NCBI GenBank assembly: GCA_963665845.2
Contig: OY762492.1
Location: 2,912,001-2,976,000 of the forward strand
Direction of reading: 5' to 3'
From: Candidatus Poribacteria bacterium
GTDB lineage: Bacteria > Poribacteria > WGA-4E > GCA-2687025
DNA: 64,000 nucleotides
Under the pieces are notes generated by a model. The model had not been told where the DNA came from. It was given only the letters and a program-made list of their open reading frames with translations, and ran no database searches. How positions within the stretch are numbered: position 1 is the first letter of the stretch; each line of letters starts with the position of its first letter. The position numbers and the translations under genes are program-made. Positions 1 through 9,087 of the stretch are shown here, piece by piece.

Positions 1-27
1 GCCGTAATATAAGGTGTTCAGCTCCAT
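1..27 (-). CDS. 5' end of another DNA methyltransferase paralogue, continuing beyond the left window edge
   Basis: Reverse complement of 1-27 encodes MELNTLYYG and is identical over 27 bp to 1599-1625, the start of the adjacent MTase. It begins 14 bp after that gene's stop. Confidence 0.8.
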
Positions 28-41
28 GCCGCCGCTCCGCT

Positions 42-1625
42 TTAAAACAGGCTCAAGGTTTGATCGAGAACTTTGCCGGTGTACGGGTTTGTCATGACGG
101 GCATATCCGGACGCTTCTTGTTGAAATAGTCGCGTATTGACCAGAGCTGCAGGCGTCCGTATTCCACGCCGAGAACGGACGCTTTGCCGCACTTTGCCGC
201 TTCCGCCCGCGCTTCTCTTGACGCGACAGGGTCAAGCGTGATGAAACATCCGACAGCCGCCTTGTCGCGGTTCAGAACGCCGATGAAATCGCGCAATGCG
301 CTGAGGCTGAACCGCCCGCCCTTCACCTGCGCCAGCGCCAAGCGCGAGTCGATGTTGTCAGGTTTATGCGCCAATGTCGCCCTGCCGTCAATGCCCTTGT
401 CGCCGACCTTCTTCGTGTTCGGCGCGAAACCTGGCAGCCGCGTGATCGCCCATGATTCAAAATCGAACGGCTTTTCCCGCGCTAACATACGCGCGGAAGC
501 CATGTCGAACGGCATGCCCCTCGCCGGTATGCTCGGATCATTCAGGCGCACATTTCGGATGAGGTCGATCGCAAACGAGGAGATGTCAATGCCCGCCCAG
601 CGCCTGTTGAGACGCATCGCCGCTTCGATGGCCGTCCCGCAGCCGCAGAACGGGTCTAAGACGACATCGCCCTCATTGCTGCTTGCCTTTACGATGCGTT
701 CTAAGAGCGCGAGCGGTTTTTGCGTCGGGTATCCGAGACGTTCTTTACGGGCAACTTGCGGTATATCGCCCCAAAAATCGTTCGGGGCGACTCCCGCCCC
801 CGGCCGCTGCTTTCTCCATATGCGCCCGTCTTCTGCAAATTCCAGCTCGCCGCTCTCGTCCAGCTCCCGCAGCCTCGTCAGGCTGACCGTCCATCCTGAC
901 GGATGCGGCGGGGAGGCGCCCTTATACTCATAACATAAATTCGGACGGGCGCCGAGACCCGGCGGACGGAACGGACTGCGCCGCTTATACCGCCCTTTTT
1001 CGTCCGTGAACGGAAACGACGCCTCTATATCTTCATACGGCGCCGCGACAGCGGACAAATTCATCCCGCCTTCGTTCGTCTTAGAATAAAAGAGAAGCGT
1101 ATCGCTGCACCGCCCAAAACGCTTCGACGCATGCTGGCTAGTCTTTCCCGCGCCCTTGATCCGCTCCCATGTAATTTCGTTTCTAAAATTATTCATGCCG
1201 AAGACGGCGTCCATGACGACTTTAAGATAATGGCTCGCTGTCGGATCGCAATGCAGGTAGATGGATCCGGTCGGCTTCAAAAGGCGGCGCATATGTTCAA
1301 GACGCTCCGCCATGTAGGCGATGTACGCCAGCATGCCGCTCTCGCCCAGAACATGATAAAGCCCGACGACCGCTCCATGCGCCGGACGCGCCACGGCGTC
1401 TCTAAACATCGCATACCGTTCCACAGAGGCGGCGTCCCAATGCCATGTGTCGTTGAACGCGCGGTACTGCGCCTTCACTCCGTTGTCGACCGCGTTGGAG
1501 AAAAGGATGTTGTAATTCGCGTTTGAGTTGAACGGCGGATCCAGATAGATCAGGTCGACGCATTCGTCCGCCCACTGCTCCATCCATTCAAGGCAGTCGC
1601 CGTAATATAAGGTGTTCAGCTCCAT
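42..1625 (-). CDS. N6/N4 DNA methyltransferase (beta class) fused to a C-terminal Mrr-like PD-(D/E)xK domain
   Basis: LYYGDCL, DLIYLDPPF (motif IV), YPTQKP, LDPFCGCGT (motif I). C-terminus has FESWA..GDKGIDG..LAQVK, typical of Mrr_cat. Confidence 0.9.
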   Translation of the reverse strand: MELNTLYYGDCLEWMEQWADECVDLIYLDPPFNSNANYNILFSNAVDNGVKAQYRAFNDTWHWDAASVERYAMFRDAVARPAHGAVVGLYHVLGESGMLAYIAYMAERLEHMRRLLKPTGSIYLHCDPTASHYLKVVMDAVFGMNNFRNEITWERIKGAGKTSQHASKRFGRCSDTLLFYSKTNEGGMNLSAVAAPYEDIEASFPFTDEKGRYKRRSPFRPPGLGARPNLCYEYKGASPPHPSGWTVSLTRLRELDESGELEFAEDGRIWRKQRPGAGVAPNDFWGDIPQVARKERLGYPTQKPLALLERIVKASSNEGDVVLDPFCGCGTAIEAAMRLNRRWAGIDISSFAIDLIRNVRLNDPSIPARGMPFDMASARMLAREKPFDFESWAITRLPGFAPNTKKVGDKGIDGRATLAHKPDNIDSRLALAQVKGGRFSLSALRDFIGVLNRDKAAVGCFITLDPVASREARAEAAKCGKASVLGVEYGRLQLWSIRDYFNKKRPDMPVMTNPYTGKVLDQTLSLF

Positions 1626-1663
1626 GTTTCCGTTCCGTTTTCATACGCGGCGGTCCCGTACGT

Positions 1664-2635
1664 TTACGAAAACGGAACCCCCTGCGCTTCAACATAAAGA
1701 GCGTAAAGCGACCGGCTCGCGGTCATAAACAGCCGCTTGCGCTTGAGACCTCCAAAACACAGGTTCGCGCACGGTTCAGGAAGAAGTATCTGTCCAATCA
1801 TGCCGCCGTCGGGCGCGCGCACATGGACGCCGTCAAACCCGTCCCCGCCCCAGCCGGCGCCGATCCACAGGTTCCCGTCCATGTCGCACCTTATGCCGTC
1901 GGCGATCCCTGGCGACATATCGCAAAACTCGCGTCCGTTCTGAATGCGCTGTCCGTCAACCTCATACGCATAGACGGCGCGCGGACACCCAGGCTGATGC
2001 GTCACGCCCGTATCCACGACATACAGCAATTTAAAATCGGGCGAAAATGCAAGCCCGTTGGGACGCTCCAGCTCCTCCGTCAACACGGCGGCTTCTCCGC
2101 TTTCAGGGTCAAGGCGGTAGACGGCGGTCGGCAGCTCCGGCTCCGCTTGATGCCCCTCGTAATCCATCAGGATTCCGTAGCCAGGGTCGGTGAACCAGAT
2201 TGATCCGTCCGGATGGACGACAACATCGTTCGGGGCGTTCAGCCGCTTCTTCTGGTAGGCGTCCATCAGAACCGTCACGCGCCCGTCCAGCTCGGTGCGC
2301 GTCACGCGGCGCGACCCATGCTCGCATGTGATGAGACGCCCCTGGCGGTCGCGCGTGTTTCCGTTGCTGAAATGAGACGGGCTGCGGTAGACGCTCACCT
2401 GCCCGTCCTCCTCTTTCCAGCGCAGGATGCGGTCGTTCGGTATGTCGCTCCAGAGAAGGCAGCGGCTGTCTCCAAACCAGACGGGACCCTCCGCCCATCT
2501 GCAGCCGGTGTAAAGCCGCTCCACGCCGGCGTTGCCGATCGCATACTTTTTGAAGCGGTCGTCATGGGCGATCACGTTCGGATCGGGATAGGAGGCGTTC
2601 TCTGTATAAGAAAGAGACGTGTAAGAAAGAGGCAT
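1664..2635 (-). CDS. SMP-30/gluconolactonase/LRE family protein
   Basis: WAEGPVW, SNGNTRDRQGRL, LNAPNDVVV, PNGLAFSPD, ADGIRCD. Start taken at MPLSY. Confidence 0.93.
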   Translation of the reverse strand: MPLSYTSLSYTENASYPDPNVIAHDDRFKKYAIGNAGVERLYTGCRWAEGPVWFGDSRCLLWSDIPNDRILRWKEEDGQVSVYRSPSHFSNGNTRDRQGRLITCEHGSRRVTRTELDGRVTVLMDAYQKKRLNAPNDVVVHPDGSIWFTDPGYGILMDYEGHQAEPELPTAVYRLDPESGEAAVLTEELERPNGLAFSPDFKLLYVVDTGVTHQPGCPRAVYAYEVDGQRIQNGREFCDMSPGIADGIRCDMDGNLWIGAGWGGDGFDGVHVRAPDGGMIGQILLPEPCANLCFGGLKRKRLFMTASRSLYALYVEAQGVPFS

Positions 2636-2645
2636 GGCGGTTCGC

Positions 2646-3263
2646 TTACTCCTCAATCACTTGTCCGAGCTGGGCGATGGCGACCTTTCCGCCTTTGTAA
2701 TGCAAATGCCGTTCGCCGACGATCGGCTGGCTGCTGACCACCTCCACGACGCCCTGAACCGCGCCGCCCATCGCCTTGTCGCCCACCTGCCACCATCCCC
2801 ACGGTTTGACCGAGTGGCTGCGCTGTACAATGATCTTCGCCGTCTTCACCTCGCGGACGATGAAGGAGATGTGCGCGTCCGCTTCGCCGACATTCAAAAA
2901 ACGGAACCAGTCGCTGGCTCCGGCCGCCAGCTCTGGGAAAAACATGCGCCGCCCGACCGTGCGTCCAAATTCAGAAGCGCCGGGCAGGTCCAGCACCTGC
3001 GTGTCTTTGTGGCAGTGGCGTTCCCCGACGATCGGCTCCCCGTCGCTTTTCACCTCCAGCGAGATGTCCACCTTCGGCTTGTCCACCTTCGGCGTCCAGG
3101 TTTCAAACGGAGAGGTCTCTCCCTCGTCTGTCCAAACGATGTCGCCTCTGTTGTTTCGGCCGATGGCGGTCAGCTTCGCCTGCTCATTTCCGATATTGAC
3201 GATCTGCACCCAGTCATGCCACTGCGGGTGGAGGTGGGCAAAATAGAGCGTTGTGGACGGCAT
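2646..3263 (-). CDS. Hypothetical protein with two tandem ~100-aa beta-rich repeats
   Basis: Both halves carry (Y/F)F...DW...N(I/V)G...PIVGERH. RBS AAGGAG precedes MPSTT. Confidence 0.75.
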   Translation of the reverse strand: MPSTTLYFAHLHPQWHDWVQIVNIGNEQAKLTAIGRNNRGDIVWTDEGETSPFETWTPKVDKPKVDISLEVKSDGEPIVGERHCHKDTQVLDLPGASEFGRTVGRRMFFPELAAGASDWFRFLNVGEADAHISFIVREVKTAKIIVQRSHSVKPWGWWQVGDKAMGGAVQGVVEVVSSQPIVGERHLHYKGGKVAIAQLGQVIEE

Positions 3264-3518
3264 CGTCGGTCTCCTTCCGTTGAGGACGCGCAAGTTGTCG
3301 GTACTTTTTTCGGCATTTATATGATACCATAAAACTCCGCCCTTGTCTCTTCATATCCGCCCTCGCCCTTTGAGCGCGGCGACCAGCGGAAAAGCCTACG
3401 CCCCGCGAGGCGCCGTTCCCGCCCCTGCGGTACAACGAACGGGAATCTTAGGCGCCGCAGACGACGTCCGCGTTCATGAGATTTGCCCCAACTCTAAGGG
3501 TAAGATCAGGAGAAGCGG

Positions 3519-3546
3519 TTGACAGAAGCGGAATACGGGCTACATT
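3519..3546 (+). promoter_or_regulatory. Putative sigma70 promoter of apt
   Basis: TTGACA-N16-TACATT. Confidence 0.55.
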
Positions 3547-3598
3547 TAACATGCCTCCCGTTAGGGCGGCGCATACGGAGATTCATCAGAAGAGGGCT

Positions 3599-4114
3599 AT
3601 GAACAATTACGCAGACCTGATACGCACCGTTCCCGACTTTCCAAAGCCGGGCATTCAATTCAAAGACATCGCGCCTTTGCTTCAAAATCCGCAGGGGTTT
3701 CAAGCGGCGGTGAACGACCTCATCGCCAAAGTTGACGGGATCGAGTTCGACACGATTGCGGCAATTGACGCGCGCGGGTTTCTCTTCGGAGGCGCCCTCG
3801 CCTATCAGATGGGCAAGCCGCTGGCGCTCATCCGAAAGCGCGGCAAGCTGCCGTATGAGACCGTTGAAGCGGAGTATGCGCTGGAGTACGGAACCGCCGC
3901 CGTCGCGCTTCATGTGGACGCGCTGAGCGCGGGGCCGCGGACGCTTCTTGTGGATGATGTCATCGCAACGGGCGGGACGCTGCGGGCGGCGATTGAGCTG
4001 ATCAAGGCTCTCGGCGGGGAGGTTGCCGCCATCGCGGCGCTCATTGAGCTGACCTTTTTGAACGGGCGGACGTTGTTTGAAAAGGAACGGGTGATCTCGC
4101 TCATCTCCTACTGA
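3599..4114 (+). CDS. apt: Adenine phosphoribosyltransferase
   Basis: IRTVPDFPKPGIQFKDI, IRKRGKLP, YALEYG, PRPP motif LLVDDVIATGGT. Confidence 0.96.
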   Translation: MNNYADLIRTVPDFPKPGIQFKDIAPLLQNPQGFQAAVNDLIAKVDGIEFDTIAAIDARGFLFGGALAYQMGKPLALIRKRGKLPYETVEAEYALEYGTAAVALHVDALSAGPRTLLVDDVIATGGTLRAAIELIKALGGEVAAIAALIELTFLNGRTLFEKERVISLISY

Positions 4115-4195
4115 TCATTTTCGCGGAAGCGGGAATCTTAGGCGCCGCAAACGGCGCCCGCTGGCGCGAAAACCCCGCCAGCCCTCCTTGAGAAA

Positions 4196-5220
4196 GGGGG
4201 CTATTTACTTAACTAACCTCGCGTTTCGCGCTAGTATACATGCTAGTCATGGCACAAGGAGCGATCCGATGCAGTTTAGCAGCCTTTACGATTTATTCGA
4301 GCAGATTCCAAACGAGAAAGCAGCCGCGCGGTTCTTTGAGCAGCATCGCTGGCCAGACGGCAGATGCTGTCCCAAATGCGGCTCCAAAAACACGATGCGC
4401 GTCCAAAATGCGAAACCGATGCCGTTTCGATGCCGAACCTGCCGCAAGCATTTTAGCGTCCGGACCGAAACCTTGATGGCGGAGAGCAGGTTAGCGCTGC
4501 GCAAGTGGGTCCTAGCGATTTACCTGATGCATACCTCGCGCATGGGCATCTCCAGCGTTGAGATGGCAAAGCAGATCGGAACGACGCAGAAGACGGCATG
4601 GTCCCTAGGCCACCGCATTCGAGCCGCAATGGTGAGCGACGACGAAATGCTGAGCGGCATCGTGGAGGCGGACGAGACCTACATCGGCGGCATCGAGACA
4701 AAAAAGCATCGCAGGAAAAAGCTGGGCGTCGGAAGCGGAACCAGCGGGAAGCAGCCTGTGATGGGCATGCGTCAAAGAAACGGCGAGATCCGCGCATTTC
4801 TGCTGGACAATGAGCTCAAGAAAACGCTGCAGGATGCTGTAAGGGCGAATGTGGCGCGCGGATCGTCCATTTTTACCGACGCTCTTCCGACCTACAGGGG
4901 CATGCTGGAATACACGCATGCGGTTGTGGAGCATCAGAAAGGCGAGTATGTTCGCGGCGATGTTCACACCAACAGCATCGAGTCGTTCTGGGCCGTGTTA
5001 AAACGCGGGTACCGCGGCGTTTACCATTTCATGTCGTTTAAACATCTGGGTTTATATGTCAGCGAATTCGTGTATCGTTTCAATGTTGGCATCGACAACA
5101 GCCTGGACACTCTCGGCAAACTAATTCCGCGCATGGTCGGCAAGCGTCTCACCTTTGCGGATCTGAAAGGAGAGGGCGGCGAGAAACGACAGCAAATGGC
5201 TATCTAGGAATATAGCCCCC
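4196..5220 (+). mobile_element. IS1595-family insertion sequence, copy 1 (1025 bp)
   Basis: Imperfect ~23-bp TIRs (GGGGGCTATTTACTTAACTAACC and, on the opposite strand, GGGGGCTATATTCCTAGATAGCC) flank an ISXO2-like transposase. Near-identical copy at 15351-16377. Confidence 0.93.
4269..5207 (+). CDS. IS1595-family transposase (intact)
   Basis: Zn ribbon CPKC..CRTC, VEADETYIGG, IFTD, HTNSIESFW, EFVYRFN. Confidence 0.95.
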   Translation: MQFSSLYDLFEQIPNEKAAARFFEQHRWPDGRCCPKCGSKNTMRVQNAKPMPFRCRTCRKHFSVRTETLMAESRLALRKWVLAIYLMHTSRMGISSVEMAKQIGTTQKTAWSLGHRIRAAMVSDDEMLSGIVEADETYIGGIETKKHRRKKLGVGSGTSGKQPVMGMRQRNGEIRAFLLDNELKKTLQDAVRANVARGSSIFTDALPTYRGMLEYTHAVVEHQKGEYVRGDVHTNSIESFWAVLKRGYRGVYHFMSFKHLGLYVSEFVYRFNVGIDNSLDTLGKLIPRMVGKRLTFADLKGEGGEKRQQMAI

Positions 5221-5322
5221 TTCATCTTTGAAATCCTTTCATCCTAGTTCAGAAAATAAGATTCCCGCTTGCGCGGGAATGACGGAAAAAGGCGCGGGAA
5301 TGACAGCGGAGAAAGCGGGCAA

Positions 5323-5595
5323 TCAACGGGAATGAGGCAGCGAGTCGACGATGCCCATGACCAGCTCGCGTATCGGCGCCCGTTCTAAACCGAACACGCC
5401 CTTCGCGACGCCGGGGCCGGCGCCCACCAGCGCGATGTCGCCTTCGCCCGCGCCGACATAATCGACCGCCAGCTTTGCGGCTCCGCGCGCCGTTCCGTCC
5501 GGCGCGATCGGCTGCACAATCAGCAGCGTCCGCCGTTCGTATGCGGGATGCTTCGAGGTCGAGACCGCCTTTCCGATGACGCGCGCCAAGATCAT
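5323..5595 (-). CDS. EutN/CcmL family microcompartment vertex (BMC-P) protein
   Basis: MILARVIGKAVST.KH, LAVDYVGAGEGD, VMGIVD. Confidence 0.92.
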   Translation of the reverse strand: MILARVIGKAVSTSKHPAYERRTLLIVQPIAPDGTARGAAKLAVDYVGAGEGDIALVGAGPGVAKGVFGLERAPIRELVMGIVDSLPHSR

Positions 5596-5921
5596 TCGTC
5601 CGCGCCTTCCTCCATGTCCACCGTGTCAAGGCGGACGGGCGCCGACTTGCTCAGCGCCATCGTATCGATCAAGCCGACAACTGCCGCGTCGATCGGCATG
5701 AACGGCTTCGGCGGACGGGGAACCGATGCCGCGTCCGCGCCCGTGACAAAATAGACGCGGGAGCCGAGACCTGTAATGCCCTCCGTGTCGACGGCGACGA
5801 GCGGGCGTCCGAGCGGGCGTTCGCGCTCATCGGTCGGTTGAACAACGACGAAGCGGGTTCCTTGAAGGGAGGGGTCTTTGCGAGTCGCCCTTACGGAGCC
5901 GATGACGAAGCCGAATTCCAT
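5592..5921 (-). CDS. EutN/CcmL family microcompartment vertex (BMC-P) protein with acidic C-terminal tail
   Basis: GFVIGSVRATRKDPSL, VAVD, PIDAAVVGLID. Confidence 0.92.
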   Translation of the reverse strand: MEFGFVIGSVRATRKDPSLQGTRFVVVQPTDERERPLGRPLVAVDTEGITGLGSRVYFVTGADAASVPRPPKPFMPIDAAVVGLIDTMALSKSAPVRLDTVDMEEGADE

Positions 5922-5927
5922 GCGGCT

Positions 5928-6257
5928 TCAGACCACCTTGATGGAGTTGTCGCCGTTTTCCGAATCGTCGTCCTCTTTGTCGTCGGGCGCGGGCGGGGCG
6001 GGTATATCCGCCTGAATGGAGCGCGCGGCGTTGGCGATGGATTGACGCATGGCGTTCAGATGCACATCGATGCGCGCGTCCAGCGCCTGCAGATGCGTCA
6101 ACCATGACTCTTTGGACTGCTCGCCTTCCTCTTCAAACCCGTTCGACATGGCGAGCCGCATATATTTCATGCGTTCTTCGATGAGCGTCTCCACATAGCT
6201 GTCATGCGTTTCAATGCCGTGCTGTAGAAATTTGGCGAGCTGGCGGATTTTTTCCAT
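5928..6257 (-). CDS. Hypothetical alpha-helical protein, likely co-transcribed with the BMC-P genes
   Basis: RBS GGAG upstream. Ends 6 bp before the first EutN gene. Helical composition with acidic tail. Confidence 0.7.
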   Translation of the reverse strand: MEKIRQLAKFLQHGIETHDSYVETLIEERMKYMRLAMSNGFEEEGEQSKESWLTHLQALDARIDVHLNAMRQSIANAARSIQADIPAPPAPDDKEDDDSENGDNSIKVV

Positions 6258-6329
6258 GCGCGTTTCTCCGTCATGTTGCTGAGCGGCTTATACCTGCATA
6301 CGCATATCTTAACGCGCTTTTGACCGCCG

Positions 6330-6660
6330 CGCAAGGGGCGCGCCTCTGGAGGCAGTCTCTATAGGCGATGATCTTGATTTTAGAGAGTCGTTTTTGGAAT
6401 GCGGAGGCTGTCTGGGAAAACTCTGGATTCCCGCTTACGCGGGATGACGATCCGGTTTGCAACGGTTTTTTCCGATCCATAAAGGTTTGTTCGTTCAAAG
6501 TCCCAACTTTATGCATGAGGTCAGGCCTAAGATTCCCGCTTACGCGGGAATGCATGTCCTCGCGGAAACGGGGGACGATTTGGCTGGCGAGGCATTTTCT
6601 CCATGAATAAAGGTTTGTTCGTTCAAAGTCCCAACTTTGGATGCGATCGGGGATGACTGG
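6330..6660. repeat. Intergenic repeat mosaic (families A and D)
   Basis: GATTCCCGCTTACGCGGGA twice and GTTCAAAGTCCCAACTTT twice. Confidence 0.8.
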
Positions 6661-6752
6661 TTGCGCCGCTTGCCAGAATCGGATTGTTGCGTTCCGCTCC
6701 GCGTTTCGTTAAACTGCGCTCAAGTTGGATGCGGCATTCGGAGAAAGGATAT

Positions 6753-7709
6753 ATGTTTAGAGTGTCTGTGTGGGATAAGGGTCTCTCGGAACGGTATCTG
6801 CGGTTTGTGACGCAGCTCGGCGCCGACGCCATCGACTTTGGAGGCGGCAACTCGTTTCCGGGCGCGCGAGAGCAGGGGTATCCGTCCCCCGAAGGCGTCC
6901 AAGAATATCAGCAGAAAATCGCCGCCTTCGGCATGGAGATCAACCGCGTCACGCTGCCCGACATCTCCGCCGGTTTCATGCGCGGCGCCGAAGGCAGCGA
7001 ACGCGAGATTGAAAACTCGGTGAAGGCGATACAGGTTTTCGGCGAGGCGGGAATCAGTATCGCGCGTCAGCGTTTCTGGGGCGATGTGTTCCGCGAGCAG
7101 ATGTTCCGCTACAGGTCGGTTCACCGCGGCGGCTATCTGTCGCGCGGGGAGACGCGCATTCCGCCCCATCAGGCGCAGGAGACGCCCGATAAAGAAGCGC
7201 TGGATTACTGGTGGAGCCGATTCTGCGCCGTGTATGAACAGCTGACCCCCGCCGCGGAAAAATACGGCGTCAAGCTGGCGATCCATCCGTCCGACACCCC
7301 GCTGCCGGACACGCCGCTGGGAGGACTCGGTTACCACCGCGTCATTGACGCTTTTCCGAGCAAGAATGTCGGATACCTCTACTGTTGCGGGACGCGGGCG
7401 GAGGCGGGCGGTTCCTCGCTGGTGCTGGACGAAATCAACAACTACGGGCGGAAAGGGCGCATCTTCACCGTACACATGCGCAATGTGCGCGGGAGCCTCG
7501 CCACCGCCGGCGCGTTTGAAGAGACGCTGCTGGACGACGGCGACATGAACGTGTTCAAAATCTTGAAGGAGCTTCAAAAGGTCGGGTTCAGCGGATGCAT
7601 CAACGCCGACCATGTGCCGCAACTGGAGGGCGACTACGAGAATTTGAGCTTCGGGCTGGCGTACTCCATCGGCTATCTGAAGGCGATGTTTGCGGCGCTG
7701 GCGGCTTAA
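6753..7709 (+). CDS. Mannonate dehydratase (UxuA)-like TIM-barrel protein
   Basis: GVKLAIHPSD, VHMRNVRG, FEETLLDDGDMN, ADHVPQLEGD, AYSIGYLKA. Confidence 0.85.
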   Translation: MFRVSVWDKGLSERYLRFVTQLGADAIDFGGGNSFPGAREQGYPSPEGVQEYQQKIAAFGMEINRVTLPDISAGFMRGAEGSEREIENSVKAIQVFGEAGISIARQRFWGDVFREQMFRYRSVHRGGYLSRGETRIPPHQAQETPDKEALDYWWSRFCAVYEQLTPAAEKYGVKLAIHPSDTPLPDTPLGGLGYHRVIDAFPSKNVGYLYCCGTRAEAGGSSLVLDEINNYGRKGRIFTVHMRNVRGSLATAGAFEETLLDDGDMNVFKILKELQKVGFSGCINADHVPQLEGDYENLSFGLAYSIGYLKAMFAALAA

Positions 7710-7740
7710 GGTGTTATGCCTCGCATTCTGACGACGAGAT

Positions 7741-8035
7741 GGGCGCGCCTCTGGATTCCCCCTTGAAAAGGGGCGCGCCTCTGGATTCCCCCCTTGAAAA
7801 GGGGCGCGCCTCTGGATTCCCCCCTTGAAAAGGGGGGCTAGGGGGGTTTAAGGCGCGGAAAGCGCCTGCGGCGCCGAAGATTCCCGCTTACGCGGGAATG
7901 ACGAAATGGGGGGCGCCTCTGGATTCCCGCTTGCGCGGGAATGCATGCCCTCGCGGAAGCGGGGGACGGGGAGAGGAGTCGGAATGCATGCCCTCGCGAG
8001 CATGTCCTCGTGAAAACGGGGAAGCGGGGGACGAT
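7741..8035. repeat. Three tandem ~30-bp family-B units followed by family-A palindromes
   Basis: GGGCGCGCCTCTGGATTCCCC(C)CTTGAAAAG x3, then GATTCCCGCTT.CGCGGGAATG twice. Confidence 0.85.
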
Positions 8036-8039
8036 GATG

Positions 8040-9056
8040 TCAGTCGTATTCGTTCAAATAGGCGCATGTCAGCTGGATGATCTGCTCAACGTCGTTCAGG
8101 TTGACGACTTCAGTTGAGCTGTGCATATACCGGCAAGGGACGCTGACGACGCTGACCGGCATTCCGCCGCGCTGCGTGGAGGCGGCGTCCGCGTCGGTGT
8201 GCGTTCTCCCCGTTTCCGTTTCAACCTGCCATGGGATGTCATGTTTTTCGGCGGTGGCGCGGAGCCGTTCGAAGATGCGCTGGCTTGTTCGGACGCCGCG
8301 AATGAGAACAGGTCCGCCGCCCAGTTTCACTTCTCCGCGCTTCGCAGCGGAGGTGGACGGATAGTCGGTCGCCCAGGTCACATCGAACGCGATCGCTTCG
8401 ACAGGTTCTCCATCGTATGCGGCTTGCCCTGCGCCGAGTCCGCCCGTCTCTTCTTGAACGGAGGAGACGGCTAAGACGGAGGCGCGCGGCGGTCCGTTTT
8501 CGCTGAGTCGGCGGATCGTTTCCGCGGCGATGTAGCACCCGATGCGGTTGTCGAAATTGCGCGCGGCGGCGAGTTCGTTCGGCAGGTCAAGCCAGCCTTC
8601 GCCGACCACGATCGGGTCTCCCAGCTCCACATGGTTCATCGCTTCGTCGCGGTCTTTGGCGCCGATGTCGATGAAAATTTCCTCGATGGCGGGATCGGGC
8701 TTTCCGCCGGCGAAGGTTCCGACGATGCCGCGGACAATGCCGTTTCGCCCGACAATCTGAACCCGCTGCGATTGCAGCAGATGTCTCGGCAAACCGCCGA
8801 CCGTTGCCGCTTTCAAAAAGCCGTTTCCTTCGATATGTTTCACGATCATGCCGATTTCGTCCATGTGTCCGATCAGCATAACCGCGTCGTTCAGCTCTCC
8901 GCGCAGGGAGGCGGTCAAGGCGCCGTGCGTGTGTTGCCGGACGCTGTCCGCATGCGGTTCGACATACTCGCGCCAGACCTGCTGCGCGTTCTCTTCGTAG
9001 CCGGAGATGCCGGGTTCCGCCATGAGACGTTTTAAAAATTGTAAAGATTCAGACAT
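8040..9056 (-). CDS. M42 family metallopeptidase
   Basis: GHMDEIG, FDNRIG, SVQEETG, THTDAD, RYMHS. Confidence 0.93.
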   Translation of the reverse strand: MSESLQFLKRLMAEPGISGYEENAQQVWREYVEPHADSVRQHTHGALTASLRGELNDAVMLIGHMDEIGMIVKHIEGNGFLKAATVGGLPRHLLQSQRVQIVGRNGIVRGIVGTFAGGKPDPAIEEIFIDIGAKDRDEAMNHVELGDPIVVGEGWLDLPNELAAARNFDNRIGCYIAAETIRRLSENGPPRASVLAVSSVQEETGGLGAGQAAYDGEPVEAIAFDVTWATDYPSTSAAKRGEVKLGGGPVLIRGVRTSQRIFERLRATAEKHDIPWQVETETGRTHTDADAASTQRGGMPVSVVSVPCRYMHSSTEVVNLNDVEQIIQLTCAYLNEYD

Positions 9057-9087
9057 ATTGTTCTTTCTAAAAATGGACGGCGCCGTT

